Below, piece after piece: positions 31,061 through 41,863 of a stretch of 64,000 nucleotides of DNA. Location of the stretch: NCBI GenBank assembly GCA_965214095.1, contig OZ243938.1, positions 4,032,001-4,096,000 of the forward strand, written 5' to 3'. This DNA is from Candidatus Poribacteria bacterium. Its GTDB lineage: Bacteria > Poribacteria > WGA-4E > WGA-3G. A program made the position numbers and the translations under genes. Within the stretch, counting starts at the first letter, position 1. Each line of letters starts with the position of its first letter. Below the pieces are notes generated by a model that was not told the DNA's origin, did no database searches, and saw only the letters and a list, made by a program, of their open reading frames with translations.

Positions 31061-31168
31061 TTCCTCCTAATGAATCAAAATTTTGCAATCATATCATACG
31101 TACGTGAAGCGTTATCATATTGATTGTACAAAGTAAAAAATTCGATATAATTCTTATGAAGTGAACTG

Positions 31169-31185
31169 TGCAATGTCTATGCCAA
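31169..31185 (-). promoter_or_regulatory. Sigma54 (-24/-12) promoter of glnA
   Basis: Minus strand TTGGCATAGACATTGCA (GG-N10-GC). Confidence 0.8.
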
Positions 31186-31325
31186 TATGAAAAACACCTT
31201 AATAAAAGCGCGTTGAATACGCTTTGTTGAGGACAGGTTCATACCCTATTTAGTATGAACATAGATAGAAATGTCGTTTTAATAGAAATGTAAAAATATA
31301 TAATACAAGCCCAAGCGAAAATATA

Positions 31326-31365
31326 TGCTAAATTATTAGGCATAAAATTGCCCAAAATTTCAGCA
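31326..31365. promoter_or_regulatory. Two candidate NtrC-type enhancer sites
   Basis: TGC-N11-GCA at 31326-31342 and 31349-31365, about 140-180 bp upstream of the sigma54 site. Confidence 0.55.
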
Positions 31366-31368
31366 GAA

Positions 31369-31962
31369 TTAGGAAGATTTGTCTTGTTTTAATTCAACAT
31401 CTTCAGCAAATCTGCTTGTTTCAGGTCCATCTTGCCCAGCATATTTATTCGACGGTTTGTGTCGGTAAGGCATACTTGATGGTGAAGAAAGTTGTTCAAA
31501 TGTAAAGGCACAAATCCGCATACCTGGATAAAGCATTACTGGCATTCTGCCCAGATTTCCTAACTCCAACGTAGCATTTCCTACCCAACCGGGGTCGAAT
31601 AGTCCTGCGGTACTGTGGACGATAATCCCAAGTCTTCCGAGACTGCTGCGTCCTTCAAGTCGCGCCATCACATCGTCTGCTAATTCAAGCTTTTCATGCG
31701 TTGCGGCGAGAACAAACTCACCTGGTTGCATCGTAAATGCCTCTCCATCAGGGACCATAACTTTTCGCATGAGATCATCCGCATCCACCTTTTCCTTCAA
31801 ATCAATAAACGGATGTTTGCTATGTTCAAAAACGCGAAAAATATTACCTAATCTGAAATCAATTGAACAACTACCCCATTGTGTTTCTGAATCTGGTTCA
31901 GGGTTGATCTTTATTTTTCCTTGGCGTATATATTGTTCTATGTCTACATTTGATAATACCAT
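31369..31962 (-). CDS. dcd: dCTP deaminase
   Basis: SIDFRLG, EGRSSLGRLG..VHSTAG..DPG, TLEL, KYAGQ. Confidence 0.95.
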   Translation of the reverse strand: MVLSNVDIEQYIRQGKIKINPEPDSETQWGSCSIDFRLGNIFRVFEHSKHPFIDLKEKVDADDLMRKVMVPDGEAFTMQPGEFVLAATHEKLELADDVMARLEGRSSLGRLGIIVHSTAGLFDPGWVGNATLELGNLGRMPVMLYPGMRICAFTFEQLSSPSSMPYRHKPSNKYAGQDGPETSRFAEDVELKQDKSS

Positions 31963-32064
31963 ATTATTATATTACCATTAATTTGAAATGATGTCACGTT
32001 TTTTGTCCAATCTGTATTATGTTGGATACCTTGCTATCAGTGCTTATCACATGCGGTTATTGGA

Positions 32065-33393
32065 TTACTCAACCCAGTTTTCAGGAGAAAGACCACGATA
32101 GGCATAATCTAATAGCGTCACAGGATGCATTGCTTTCATATCCAATCCGCGTTTATGAATACCTTGTTGAATCTGCAGTAGACATCCAGGATTTCCAGTT
32201 GCGACTATATCCGCTTCAGTATCAGCAATGTGTTGCATCTTCCGCTCAAGTATCTCTTGTGATAGTTCTGGTTGGGTTATGTTGTAAATACCAGCACTGC
32301 CACAACACCAGTCAGATTCAGTTAACTCAATTAACTCAATCTCTGGTATTGTTTGTAGAACCTTTATAGGTTGTGATTTTACCCGTTGTCCATGCAAGAG
32401 ATGACACGGTTCATCATAAGTAACTCGGAGTGGTATTTTACCTTTGGGTGTGACCATTTCAATTTCTGCTAAGAATTCACTGATGTCCTGCATTTTGTGG
32501 CTGAAGTTTTCCGCTTTCTCTGTGTAATTTGGATCGTTTTCCAACAGCACTTCATATTCCTTCAGTGCTGCACCGCAACCAGCAGAATTGATGATAATGG
32601 CATCTAATTGTTCGTTTTCAAACGCATCAATGTTCTGTTTTGCAAGTTCTGAAGCAAAATAGCGTTCTCCGTTATGTAGGTGCAATGCCCCACAACATGT
32701 CTGTTTGCGTGGTGTAACAACTTCACATCCATTCTCTGACAACACACGTATTGTCGCCAAATTAGTATCGGTAAAAACTTGATTCATGATGCATCCGGGG
32801 ATAAAACCAACACGGTATCGGGTTTCACCTATTGCGGGGGTAATGTCGCGTATTGTATATTTGAGACGTGGTGGTGGGATTTTAGGTAATAACGACTCCA
32901 TCTGTCCAAGTTGTCCCATCAACTTGAGTATACCACTTTTCTGAACTAACCATCGGATGCCGAGTTTTTGGTAGAGCCACATCAGCTCAAAGATAAGGTC
33001 TAATCGTTCTTTGTTCGGTAGGATTTGCTTGAAAACAAGGTTGCTCCAGAATTTGTGACTTGTTGATCGGTGCGCGTTCTGTTCATAGATCGCGCGAGCT
33101 TGTTCCAAGAGTTCACCGAAGTGGACACCGGATGGACATGCTGTTTCACAAGCGCGGCAATCTAAGCATCGATAGATATATTCTGCCCATTCTTCGTTGA
33201 GGGGTGTGGCATCTTGTGATTTGAACGCGCTTCCCATGAGGTATAATCTACCCCGTGGGGAATCGGTTTCTAATCCTAATTCGCGATAGGTTGGACAAGT
33301 AGGTAAGCAGAGACCACAATGGGTACAAGCATCCCATTTTTTCCAACTGAAGGTCTCTAATCCGATTAACGGTTGGGTTTGATGGGTGGACAT
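32065..33393 (-). CDS. glcF: Glycolate oxidase Fe-S subunit GlcF-like
   Basis: CTHCGLCLPTCPTY, SPRGR, CLDCRACETACP, two CCG domains. Confidence 0.88.
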   Translation of the reverse strand: MSTHQTQPLIGLETFSWKKWDACTHCGLCLPTCPTYRELGLETDSPRGRLYLMGSAFKSQDATPLNEEWAEYIYRCLDCRACETACPSGVHFGELLEQARAIYEQNAHRSTSHKFWSNLVFKQILPNKERLDLIFELMWLYQKLGIRWLVQKSGILKLMGQLGQMESLLPKIPPPRLKYTIRDITPAIGETRYRVGFIPGCIMNQVFTDTNLATIRVLSENGCEVVTPRKQTCCGALHLHNGERYFASELAKQNIDAFENEQLDAIIINSAGCGAALKEYEVLLENDPNYTEKAENFSHKMQDISEFLAEIEMVTPKGKIPLRVTYDEPCHLLHGQRVKSQPIKVLQTIPEIELIELTESDWCCGSAGIYNITQPELSQEILERKMQHIADTEADIVATGNPGCLLQIQQGIHKRGLDMKAMHPVTLLDYAYRGLSPENWVE

Positions 33394-33438
33394 ATAAAGT
33401 GTATTGCTTTGGTGATAGTTAATTTCAATAGTGTCAGT

Positions 33439-33783
33439 TTAATTATGTTGGAATTTCAACAGTATCATGCCAAGCACAAATAATACTGTAAGTACAATTA
33501 ATCCGAGAGTGGAAAAGAGCATACCTATTTTACTCATTGAACCTGCAAAACTCTTATTTAGATTATTACTTCTGTTTTCATTTATCTTCTCCGCAAGTAG
33601 ATGTTTTTCGTTCTCTGTGTACTCAGCACTTTTTGCAACGGAATCAGGAGAAATTGACAATTGTTTATGTTGTCTTTTCCGTTTAGGAATTACAAGAATA
33701 AGAAGTAGAATACAACCAAAAAAAGTCAATATATGAACTGGATATGCGGCAATGACTGTAAAAACTCCATTTAGATCATTCAT
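33439..33783 (-). CDS. Hypothetical membrane protein (2 TM)
   Basis: Two hydrophobic segments; GGA-like RBS before ATG 33783. Confidence 0.6.
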   Translation of the reverse strand: MNDLNGVFTVIAAYPVHILTFFGCILLLILVIPKRKRQHKQLSISPDSVAKSAEYTENEKHLLAEKINENRSNNLNKSFAGSMSKIGMLFSTLGLIVLTVLFVLGMILLKFQHN

Positions 33784-33830
33784 AATGTCATCCTTGCCTT
33801 TGCATTGTATGTTGAAATTAATCAATCAAA

Positions 33831-34664
33831 CTATTTTCCAGTAATGATTTTGGTAATTCCTTCATTTAGACTACCAGATCGATATCCTTGTAAGTCAAGT
33901 GTGACGTGTTCGTACCCAAGTGTTTTATAGTGATCATTGATCTGATTTCGTATTGTTTCTTGACGTAAGAGGACAATTTCATCTGCATCAAGTTCAATTC
34001 GTGCAAGTTCACCGTGGTGTCGGACACGAAACTGACGGATACCTAAATCGTAGAGAAATTGTTCTGCAGCATCAACCTGCCGTAGCAACTCACGAGTGAT
34101 ACGCATACCGTAAGGAAATCTTGAAGAAAGACATGCGAAAGCAGGTTTATCCCACGTCGGTAGGTCCCATGCTTTAGAAATTTCACGGATTTCTGCTTTT
34201 GTTAGGTGGACATCAATCAATGGTGCTTTGATACCCATCTGTTTTGCAGCGTCCATTCCTGGGCGATGATCGCCGACATCATCAGGGATTGCGCCGTAAA
34301 CGATAGTTCCAACATCATATTTATCTGCGATCGGACGCAGTTTGTCAAATAGTTCTGTCTTACAAAAGAAACATCTGTTTGTAGGATTGCTTGCATATCC
34401 TTCCAAGTCTAATTCTTCGGTGTGTACCGTTTCAAATCGGATGCCAATCTGTTTGGCAATATCCTGTGCGGCTTTCATTTCACGGATAGGATAGGAATCA
34501 GAAATTGCAGTAACTGCAAGGGAGTTTTCACCTAATGCATGATGGGCAGCCTCAGCAAGAAATGTGCTATCAACACCACCAGAGAAGGCAACAATTACCT
34601 TTTGATAATCACTTAAACATTCGTAGAGGTGTTCTACTTTTGTTTGTAATGGATTTGGTATCAT
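33831..34664 (-). CDS. larE: ATP-dependent sacrificial sulfur transferase LarE family
   Basis: AFSGGVDS, NP.NRCFFCK, RPG, WDKPAFACLSSRFPYG, RVRHHG, GYRSGS. Confidence 0.92.
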   Translation of the reverse strand: MIPNPLQTKVEHLYECLSDYQKVIVAFSGGVDSTFLAEAAHHALGENSLAVTAISDSYPIREMKAAQDIAKQIGIRFETVHTEELDLEGYASNPTNRCFFCKTELFDKLRPIADKYDVGTIVYGAIPDDVGDHRPGMDAAKQMGIKAPLIDVHLTKAEIREISKAWDLPTWDKPAFACLSSRFPYGMRITRELLRQVDAAEQFLYDLGIRQFRVRHHGELARIELDADEIVLLRQETIRNQINDHYKTLGYEHVTLDLQGYRSGSLNEGITKIITGK

Positions 34665-34682
34665 AAATTCACACCTTAAGTA

Positions 34683-35273
34683 TTACTGTGGTCTTTCGGC
34701 TTGTTGGATTATTTTCAGTTCATCTCTGAGCAATTGTCTTTTCAAGCCACTTATTCTGTCAATAAAGAGTGTGCCATTGAGATGGTCAATTTCGTGTTGC
34801 AGCACACGTGAGAGAAGTCCCGCTGCTTCAAATTGGATTTCTTTATTATTTATGCTCAATGCTTTAACGGCAATCTTCTCTGGACGTTTCACATCAGCAC
34901 GGACATCTGGTATGCTAAGACATCCTTCCTCCACCACTGTTTCGCCTTCTGCACTTAATATCTCTGGATTGAACAAAAGTAGTGGGTCAAATTTGTCTTC
35001 CTCATCATCCCCACCGATGTCAACTACGAGAAACCGCTTTAGTACGCCAACTTGGGTGGCTGCGAGACCGATACCGACACCAGTTGCGTATAGTGTCATC
35101 AACATATCCTCAGCGAGTTTGATTTCTGCTTCGGTTATTTCCTGAACAGGTGTTGCTCTTTTGCGGAGGACAGGATCACCATAATATCGAAGTTGTAACG
35201 GTTTCGTTTTAGGTAACTGTAGTGCTTCGTCTGCTGTATGTCTGTTTTTGCGTTTTCTTTTCGGCTTTGACAT
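34683..35273 (-). CDS. def: Peptide deformylase
   Basis: GIGLAATQVG, EGCLS, QHEIDHL; likely start ATG 35273. Confidence 0.95.
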   Translation of the reverse strand: MSKPKRKRKNRHTADEALQLPKTKPLQLRYYGDPVLRKRATPVQEITEAEIKLAEDMLMTLYATGVGIGLAATQVGVLKRFLVVDIGGDDEEDKFDPLLLFNPEILSAEGETVVEEGCLSIPDVRADVKRPEKIAVKALSINNKEIQFEAAGLLSRVLQHEIDHLNGTLFIDRISGLKRQLLRDELKIIQQAERPQ

Positions 35274-35348
35274 ACGATGCGTATTACTCCATTCTTCTTT
35301 ATCTCTGACAAGTTTATATATCTTAACACTTGCGAGGGATATTGTCAA

Positions 35349-35490
35349 GTGAAAATGAAAGGAATTGACTGGTAATTCTCATTTTCTCAAACCCGGTAGG
35401 TGCGGTTTTCTAACCAAGTCAGCATACCTAACGCCTATGCTGACAGACTTCTCAAGGAAATTACCCAATTTATTTCTTAATCTTCATTAT
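35349..35490. repeat. Degenerate REP-containing cassette
   Basis: GGTAGGTGCGGTTTTCTAACC (35395-35415), same REP family as 22488; weak terminal inverted similarity. Confidence 0.5.
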
Positions 35491-35559
35491 GCTTGGGTCA
35501 AAAAACATTTGATTTATGAATTGTTTTGTGATGTACTATATTCAGCATTGTGGATAGGG

Positions 35560-35610
35560 TTGTCAAGGAAGCACAAGTCCTAACCTTTAGGTTGTGGGGT
35601 ACTATGACAA
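35560..35610. mobile_element. IS200/IS605-type end palindrome remnant (PATE-like)
   Basis: Minus strand GTCATAGTACCCCACAACCTAAAGGTTAGGACTTG...TGACAA, resembling IS200/IS605 subterminal hairpins. Confidence 0.5.
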
Positions 35611-35648
35611 GATTCCCTTAATGTTCTTTAGTGTAAGGAATTCAGAAC

Positions 35649-36443
35649 ATGCGAAAATCAACATCATTATCAAAAATAATCGTAAAAGGCACTATCAACA
35701 GTTTCCTGTTGATAGTTTCTATGGCTTTTTTGATAGTTCCTACAGGCCAAGCATTAGATGGAGAAGTTGAAGAGATTCTAAAGCATATAGATCAACTCTA
35801 CCGAAGTGATACAAGCAATACAGAAATGGAGATGCAAATTGTCACACCAAATTGGGAACGGACACTGGCAATGACTGTGTGGACAAAAGGAACAGATAAG
35901 ACATTTATACGGATTACCGCACCGAAAAAGGAAAAGGATGTCACGACACTCAGAATCGGTAAAGAGATGTGGAATTATCTGCCGAAAGTCAACAAAATAT
36001 TCAAGATTTCACCATCAATGATGATGGGGTCGTGGATGGGATCCGATTTCACCAATGACGACCTTGTGAGAGAGTCGTCACTGATCAACGACTATACATA
36101 TCAACTGATTACGCCTGAAAATGCGTCCCCTGACCAAATTTACGTTGAGTTAACTCCCAAAGAAGACTCTCCTATTGTATGGGGAAAGGTAGTTACTGCA
36201 GTTAGGAAAGATGATCATATCCCTGTGTGGCAACATTTCTTTGATGAAAAAGACAGATTGATGAGAGTGCTAAATTTTAAAGATATAAAATCATTCGGTG
36301 AAAAGACTATACCTTCTGTGATGGAAATGATCCCGCAGAACAAAGAAGGACACAAAACGGTGATAAGATTTTTGAAGGCTGAATATGACTCTGAAATTGA
36401 TGATAAGATCTTCTCACGCAGAAATCTCCAGAAAAGGAAATAA
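35649..36443 (+). CDS. Outer membrane lipoprotein-sorting (LolA-like) protein
   Basis: APKKEK..TLR....MWNYLP, SWMGSDFTNDDL, IFSRRNL motifs; signal peptide. Confidence 0.85.
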   Translation: MRKSTSLSKIIVKGTINSFLLIVSMAFLIVPTGQALDGEVEEILKHIDQLYRSDTSNTEMEMQIVTPNWERTLAMTVWTKGTDKTFIRITAPKKEKDVTTLRIGKEMWNYLPKVNKIFKISPSMMMGSWMGSDFTNDDLVRESSLINDYTYQLITPENASPDQIYVELTPKEDSPIVWGKVVTAVRKDDHIPVWQHFFDEKDRLMRVLNFKDIKSFGEKTIPSVMEMIPQNKEGHKTVIRFLKAEYDSEIDDKIFSRRNLQKRK

Positions 36444-36449
36444 ACAAGG

Positions 36450-37031
36450 TTGAAAATAATCTGTAAAACACGAAAATATAGTTGTGATTTATCGCAAAAC
36501 TTTAGAAATTGTTTATATCTATGCCTAATCTGTCTGTTGTTGAGTATGATTTACAATGTTTCAGTCCAGGCTCAATCAACAGAACTTACAAAAAGTTTTG
36601 GTATAGGTTCACAAGGTGCTACACCTGCCTTTGGTGGAATCAGTTTCAAATATAATGGACTTGCACCCGTTTACCTGCAAGCTGTTGGTCGTTTCATCCA
36701 AATTGATGATTATACTGATCACATGTTGGGGTGTGGTGTGTCATACGCAATCTATGAACATATTGGTCAGTGGAATCAAGCACGACTCTATTTTTCTTTA
36801 GAAGGTGGATGGCGTTTCCATAAAGAAACTGATGACGACAATAATAGTTTTGAAAATACTACCCTCGCGGCTGGAATCTCATTCGGTGGAGAACTCGTTT
36901 TTTCACTCGGAGGTATTCCACTCGGACTGAATCTTGGAATCGGACAAGGGTTTGGAAGAGAATATAACGGTTCTGATTCTAAAGGTGTTGCAGGAGTTTA
37001 TGTGGGTGCTGGAATACATGCATATTTTTAG
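36450..37031 (+). CDS. Hypothetical exported protein, small beta-barrel-like
   Basis: Signal peptide ending VQA; alternating amphipathic strands; ends in aromatic ..HAYF. Confidence 0.65.
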   Translation: MKIICKTRKYSCDLSQNFRNCLYLCLICLLLSMIYNVSVQAQSTELTKSFGIGSQGATPAFGGISFKYNGLAPVYLQAVGRFIQIDDYTDHMLGCGVSYAIYEHIGQWNQARLYFSLEGGWRFHKETDDDNNSFENTTLAAGISFGGELVFSLGGIPLGLNLGIGQGFGREYNGSDSKGVAGVYVGAGIHAYF

Positions 37032-38637
37032 ATCTTTTTTATTTGGTCTGCTTTCCATTTATGTTTTCTGTATTTCACTATTAGGATGTTCAAAAACACT
37101 TAAAAAGAATGTTCAACCCCTACCACCGAATCCATATTCCTTTGAGCAATACGAGATTTTAACTGGTTCTGCAAAACATCAGTCCATTCTAACGGGTTTC
37201 CTATTGAACGGAGAAACAGCGGATATTGCTGTCCTGAATATTGACGAGGACAATGCACGACACTTATCCATTTATTCTTTCAATAAAGAAAATTGGGAAC
37301 TCAGCATAAAGACAACACTACATCAAGAAGTATTATTTGTTGACATTGCGAACATTGATGGACGTGACAGACTTATCACATATCAACATGGTCACTTGAA
37401 TTGGTTTGATCCTGAAACAGAAGTACTACATAAACTCATTGATATTACAATCCATTTCAATCCTCTCAATCTGAAGGAAATACCCTATGTTAATATCAGT
37501 CAAGACCCAAATGGTGATGGTCGTGATGATTTTGTTTTACCAGATATTGATGGGTTTTGGGTCTCCACACAATTAGACAATGGAATGTTTACGTATCCAA
37601 TAAAACTTGGTCCATCCGACCCTTTTCTTGATGAAACAGCATTGGATGAAAAACAAATCTATCGGGATGTTGGGATCAATTCCTTCACTGTTCTATGGTA
37701 TATGAGTCGTTTTCATCTGGTAGATTACGATGGTGACAAACGAAATGATATTGTCTTCTGGAACGAGGATCATTTCGATGTATATCATCAAAATCCTCAA
37801 GGCACGTTTTCTGCTGTTCCTACCACATTTACTGTTGATGTAGAATTTGACAATGATGGTGTATATTCATTAGCATTCGGATATGAAGGAGAAAACACAT
37901 TTGCCCTGATTTCAGGATTCAGAAAGAAAACAAAACGTAGCGTGTTACACATGTTTCGTGATTTAAACGGTGATGGTGTCACGGATATGGTTATACATAC
38001 CTTAGAAGGAAGAAGCCTGGGTAATCTCAAGAGTATGTATGAGATCTATTTTGGCAAAATGGGAAACGAAGGTATAAAGTTCAGTTCTGAGGGTAGGCTA
38101 TCAATCAGACCAAAAGGGAAAGCAGGTGGATTGCTACCATGGGGTTATGCATATCAATGGTGGGAAGACATAGATGGAGATGGTGATGTAGATATTCTGT
38201 ATAAGGACGTTAAAACTACCCTCGGTGGTATGATACGTGCAATGGCGGGGAAATCTATTGCAATAGATCTTGAGTGTTACCGAATGCACGAAGGAATTTA
38301 CCAACGAAAACCAACATACAGACGAAAAATTAGACCCGCATTAGAGATCTTTGAAACAGAACGTGTCTTCTTTCCTGCTGTCCTATATGGAGATGTAAAT
38401 GGTGATAACAGATATGATATCATAATTGGCAAAAACTGGAATGAGATGCATATCTATCTTGGTATACCAGGACCAAAGTTATATGCAAAGCAACCCCAAA
38501 AAGTTGCGGTCAGTATGCCTAACGATGAGCGAAACATGCGTTCAGTAGACATGAATAGAGATAATAAGAAGGATATTCTCATATATCATCCAGATACGGA
38601 AAAGTCACACCGTGTGACATTGTTAATCTCAAAATAG
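37018..38637 (+). CDS. FG-GAP/VCBS repeat lipoprotein
   Basis: LLGC lipobox after ATG 37018; repeated D.NGDG..D motifs. Confidence 0.82.
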   Translation: MHIFRSFLFGLLSIYVFCISLLGCSKTLKKNVQPLPPNPYSFEQYEILTGSAKHQSILTGFLLNGETADIAVLNIDEDNARHLSIYSFNKENWELSIKTTLHQEVLFVDIANIDGRDRLITYQHGHLNWFDPETEVLHKLIDITIHFNPLNLKEIPYVNISQDPNGDGRDDFVLPDIDGFWVSTQLDNGMFTYPIKLGPSDPFLDETALDEKQIYRDVGINSFTVLWYMSRFHLVDYDGDKRNDIVFWNEDHFDVYHQNPQGTFSAVPTTFTVDVEFDNDGVYSLAFGYEGENTFALISGFRKKTKRSVLHMFRDLNGDGVTDMVIHTLEGRSLGNLKSMYEIYFGKMGNEGIKFSSEGRLSIRPKGKAGGLLPWGYAYQWWEDIDGDGDVDILYKDVKTTLGGMIRAMAGKSIAIDLECYRMHEGIYQRKPTYRRKIRPALEIFETERVFFPAVLYGDVNGDNRYDIIIGKNWNEMHIYLGIPGPKLYAKQPQKVAVSMPNDERNMRSVDMNRDNKKDILIYHPDTEKSHRVTLLISK

Positions 38638-38692
38638 ATAGTTTGTTTCATCTCTAATTTATGGACAACTTCACAAGCACTAAATTACTTCT

Positions 38693-39907
38693 ATGATACT
38701 CAAAATTGCATTTCGAAACATCTTCCGTCAAAAGCGACGCACAATCCTTACTGCGCTGGCAATGATCGTCGGATTTATGCTCTCATGTGTATTTATCGGA
38801 TGGTCAGATGGCATCTATTCCAACATCATTGATATGTTCACACGCAACCGCATCGGACATATACAGGTGCATCAGGAAGGATATCTGGATAGACCTTCAC
38901 TTTATAAAAACATTACCGACTATGAGTCAATTGGGAACACGATTCAAAACAACGAAGGCGTGGAAGCATGGTCTCCACGATTATATGCCGCTGGACTCGG
39001 TTCTGTCGGAGAAAAGAGCACTGCTGTCCGGGTGGTTGGCATAGATATAAAAAGAGAGCAAAATGCAACTAAATTCTCTCAGAAAGTAATTGAAGGTAGA
39101 CCATTTCAGGAAATTGCACTAAATGAAGCAGTCATTGGGAAGGGACTTAAAAAGATACTTAAGGCAGAAATTGGCACTGATCTCGTGATTTTTTCACAGG
39201 CTGCAGACGGTTCAATTGCCAATGACCTATACAAAATTGTTGGAATAACTGACAGTGGTGACGACATAACAGATCGAACGACATGTTATTTAAATCTTGC
39301 AGCTGCACAGGAGTTATTTGTGCTTGAAGGTCGTATCCACGAGTTTGTTGTAATTGTCTCAGATATAAACCATGTCGGAAGAGTTACGAGTACCATTAAA
39401 GACACACTCAGAGGTTTAACGCTGGAAGTGTTACCTTGGCAGGAGGTTGCAAAGTCATTTTATAACGCTATGCAAGCCGACAAACAGGGGGATGCAATCG
39501 GACGTTTTGTTATTATTCTGATCGTTGCTATGGGTGTTCTCAACACTGTATTGATGTCGGTCCTGGAACGAACGCGCGAATATGGATTGTTGAGGGCAGT
39601 AGGGACAAAACCGATACAAATATTTTGGTTGGTATTATGTGAAGTGGTCATTATCGCATTAGCAAGTATTATCATTGGTGCGGTAATTGGAACCACCATA
39701 AACTATCTATTATCCGTTTACGGCATTGAATTTATTGATGGATTCACCTATGGCGGCATGAAATTTGACAAATTACATGCTGAGGTAAATATCCGAACAC
39801 TCATAATACCTACTTTCACTGTGATGTTGTCCGCGTTGTTAGTAAGTTTATATCCTGCGATAAAAGCAGCACGCATTCTACCTGCAAAGGCTATGCGAAC
39901 ACGATAA
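38693..39907 (+). CDS. ABC permease, LolE/FtsX (MacB-like) family
   Basis: AFRNIFRQKRRTILT, NTVLMSVLERTREYG..RAVG, YPAIKA. Confidence 0.92.
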   Translation: MILKIAFRNIFRQKRRTILTALAMIVGFMLSCVFIGWSDGIYSNIIDMFTRNRIGHIQVHQEGYLDRPSLYKNITDYESIGNTIQNNEGVEAWSPRLYAAGLGSVGEKSTAVRVVGIDIKREQNATKFSQKVIEGRPFQEIALNEAVIGKGLKKILKAEIGTDLVIFSQAADGSIANDLYKIVGITDSGDDITDRTTCYLNLAAAQELFVLEGRIHEFVVIVSDINHVGRVTSTIKDTLRGLTLEVLPWQEVAKSFYNAMQADKQGDAIGRFVIILIVAMGVLNTVLMSVLERTREYGLLRAVGTKPIQIFWLVLCEVVIIALASIIIGAVIGTTINYLLSVYGIEFIDGFTYGGMKFDKLHAEVNIRTLIIPTFTVMLSALLVSLYPAIKAARILPAKAMRTR

Positions 39908-39919
39908 AGTTGATATATT

Positions 39920-41152
39920 ATGATCCTAATCTTAATCAAACTTGCATGGAAAAATATACTTCGCAATAAAAGACGTACTATTATTGCTGCAACTGCGATC
40001 AGTATCGGTCTTGCTGCACTCATTTTCGTTGATGCCTATATGATAGGCATGAAAGAGAACATGATTAAAACTGCCACTGCTTCCTTTCTTGGAGATGCAC
40101 AGATCCATCGCGAAGGTTTTCGTGATGAACAAGAGGTAACACTCACTATTCAGGAAATTGAGACTATTACCCGTAAACTCGCGAAGGAATCAATCGTACA
40201 GTATTTCACACGTAGGACATTCGCTTCTGGTATGATCCGATCCGCTGCAAATATGAATAGCGGTGTCATGCTTGTAGGGATTTTTCCGGGAACTGAAAGA
40301 TTCCTATCTCAGATTGACGATGCGATTATTGAAGGTAACTATTTTGAAGGAAATAATGAAAATGACATAGTTATTGGGTCAAAACTCGCAGAAATCCTTG
40401 AAGTTGAACTCGGTGACAAAGTTCCCGTTACGGTTTCACAAGCCTATGGAGGTGAGTTTTCACAGGTTGGTTTCCGGATTTCAGGTATCTTTAAGTTTGC
40501 AGACGAAGGAATGAACAGTGGTATGGTGTTTGTTCGGATAAATAAAGCACAAGAGATGCTTGGGATTGGTAATGACGTGCATGAAATTGCAATTAAATTC
40601 ACCTCAACTGAGATCTCTTTGGACAAAGAATTAGCATTTTGGGATACTTACGACATACATGACAATGAAATTGTGAGTTGGATAGATATTCTACCTCAAA
40701 TCAATACACTTTTTCAAATGTCAAAATACAGTAAGTATATTATGGGGTCTATACTTTTCATCGTTGTCGCATTCGGCATAGTCAACACACTTTTTATGTC
40801 ATTGTATGAACGTATGTTTGAGTTTGGTGTGTTGCGGGCAGTTGGCACAAGACCTTTTGGGATGGCACGTTTAATCATATTTGAAGCAGGAGCATTGGCA
40901 ATAGTCAGCATCGTAATCGGTGTGATACTCGGTGGCATATTAACTGGAATCTTAGCACATTACGGTCTTAATTTTACTGGAATTGAAATGATGGGTGTGA
41001 CGATTCAAGAATATATCTATCCTGTATTAGCAGTTGAACAGTTCATCCAGTATCCGATTGCTGTCTTTATTTTTACAATAATCGCAGGATTGTATCCCGC
41101 ATGGCATGTTGCCAAAATGTCTCCTGTTGACGCAATGCGACAGAGTTTTTAG
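39920..41152 (+). CDS. ABC permease, LolE/FtsX (MacB-like) family
   Basis: AWKNILRNKRRT, NTLFMSLYERMFEFG..RAVG, YPAW. Confidence 0.92.
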   Translation: MILILIKLAWKNILRNKRRTIIAATAISIGLAALIFVDAYMIGMKENMIKTATASFLGDAQIHREGFRDEQEVTLTIQEIETITRKLAKESIVQYFTRRTFASGMIRSAANMNSGVMLVGIFPGTERFLSQIDDAIIEGNYFEGNNENDIVIGSKLAEILEVELGDKVPVTVSQAYGGEFSQVGFRISGIFKFADEGMNSGMVFVRINKAQEMLGIGNDVHEIAIKFTSTEISLDKELAFWDTYDIHDNEIVSWIDILPQINTLFQMSKYSKYIMGSILFIVVAFGIVNTLFMSLYERMFEFGVLRAVGTRPFGMARLIIFEAGALAIVSIVIGVILGGILTGILAHYGLNFTGIEMMGVTIQEYIYPVLAVEQFIQYPIAVFIFTIIAGLYPAWHVAKMSPVDAMRQSF

Positions 41153-41161
41153 GAAACTATT

Positions 41162-41863
41162 ATGGAAAATATACAGCAGACAGATGTCATTGTTACAGAA
41201 GAAATCACCAAGGTTTATGATCCAGATGGAATACCGATACATGCCCTAAACGGAATTAACCTTACGATTCAATCTGGTGAACTAACGGCAATTGTCGGTC
41301 CTTCCGGTTCTGGTAAAACAACATTTCTCAATATCATTTCTGGATTAGACACACCAACAGAAGGTAAGGTATGGCTTGCAGGAAATGTCTTGTCGGAGAT
41401 GAGTGGAAATGAACTATCTGATTATAGACGAGATAACATCGGATTCATATTTCAAGCATATAACCTTATACCCGTGCTCACAGTGAGAGAAAATGTTGAA
41501 TATATTATGCTCTTGGCAGGTGTTCCAAAAACTGAACGACATGAACGCGTGACTGCCATGCTTGAATCTGTCGGATTAGCAGGCGTGGAGGACAGACTTC
41601 CTACGAAACTTTCCGGTGGACAACAGCAACGGGTTGCAATTGCACGGGCAATGGTATCAGAACCATCTATAGTCCTCGCAGATGAACCCACCGCTAATCT
41701 TGACTCAAAAACAGGGGCAGACCTACTTGAGATGATGCGTAAACTTAACTCGGATACAGGAATGACATTTATATTCTCAACACATGATCCAATGGTAATG
41801 GAAAGTGCAAAAAGATTAATTACCCTACGCGATGGTAAAATTGACAGCGATGAGACAAAATAG
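41162..41863 (+). CDS. ABC ATP-binding protein, LolD-like
   Basis: GPSGSGKTT, LSGGQQQRVAIARA, LADEPTANLD, STHD. Confidence 0.94.
   Translation: MENIQQTDVIVTEEITKVYDPDGIPIHALNGINLTIQSGELTAIVGPSGSGKTTFLNIISGLDTPTEGKVWLAGNVLSEMSGNELSDYRRDNIGFIFQAYNLIPVLTVRENVEYIMLLAGVPKTERHERVTAMLESVGLAGVEDRLPTKLSGGQQQRVAIARAMVSEPSIVLADEPTANLDSKTGADLLEMMRKLNSDTGMTFIFSTHDPMVMESAKRLITLRDGKIDSDETK

Noticed and set aside
31061-31168. Glutamine (glnA) riboswitch in the glnA leader
   Set aside because: I could not recognise the conserved motif, and the sigma54 promoter explains the region.
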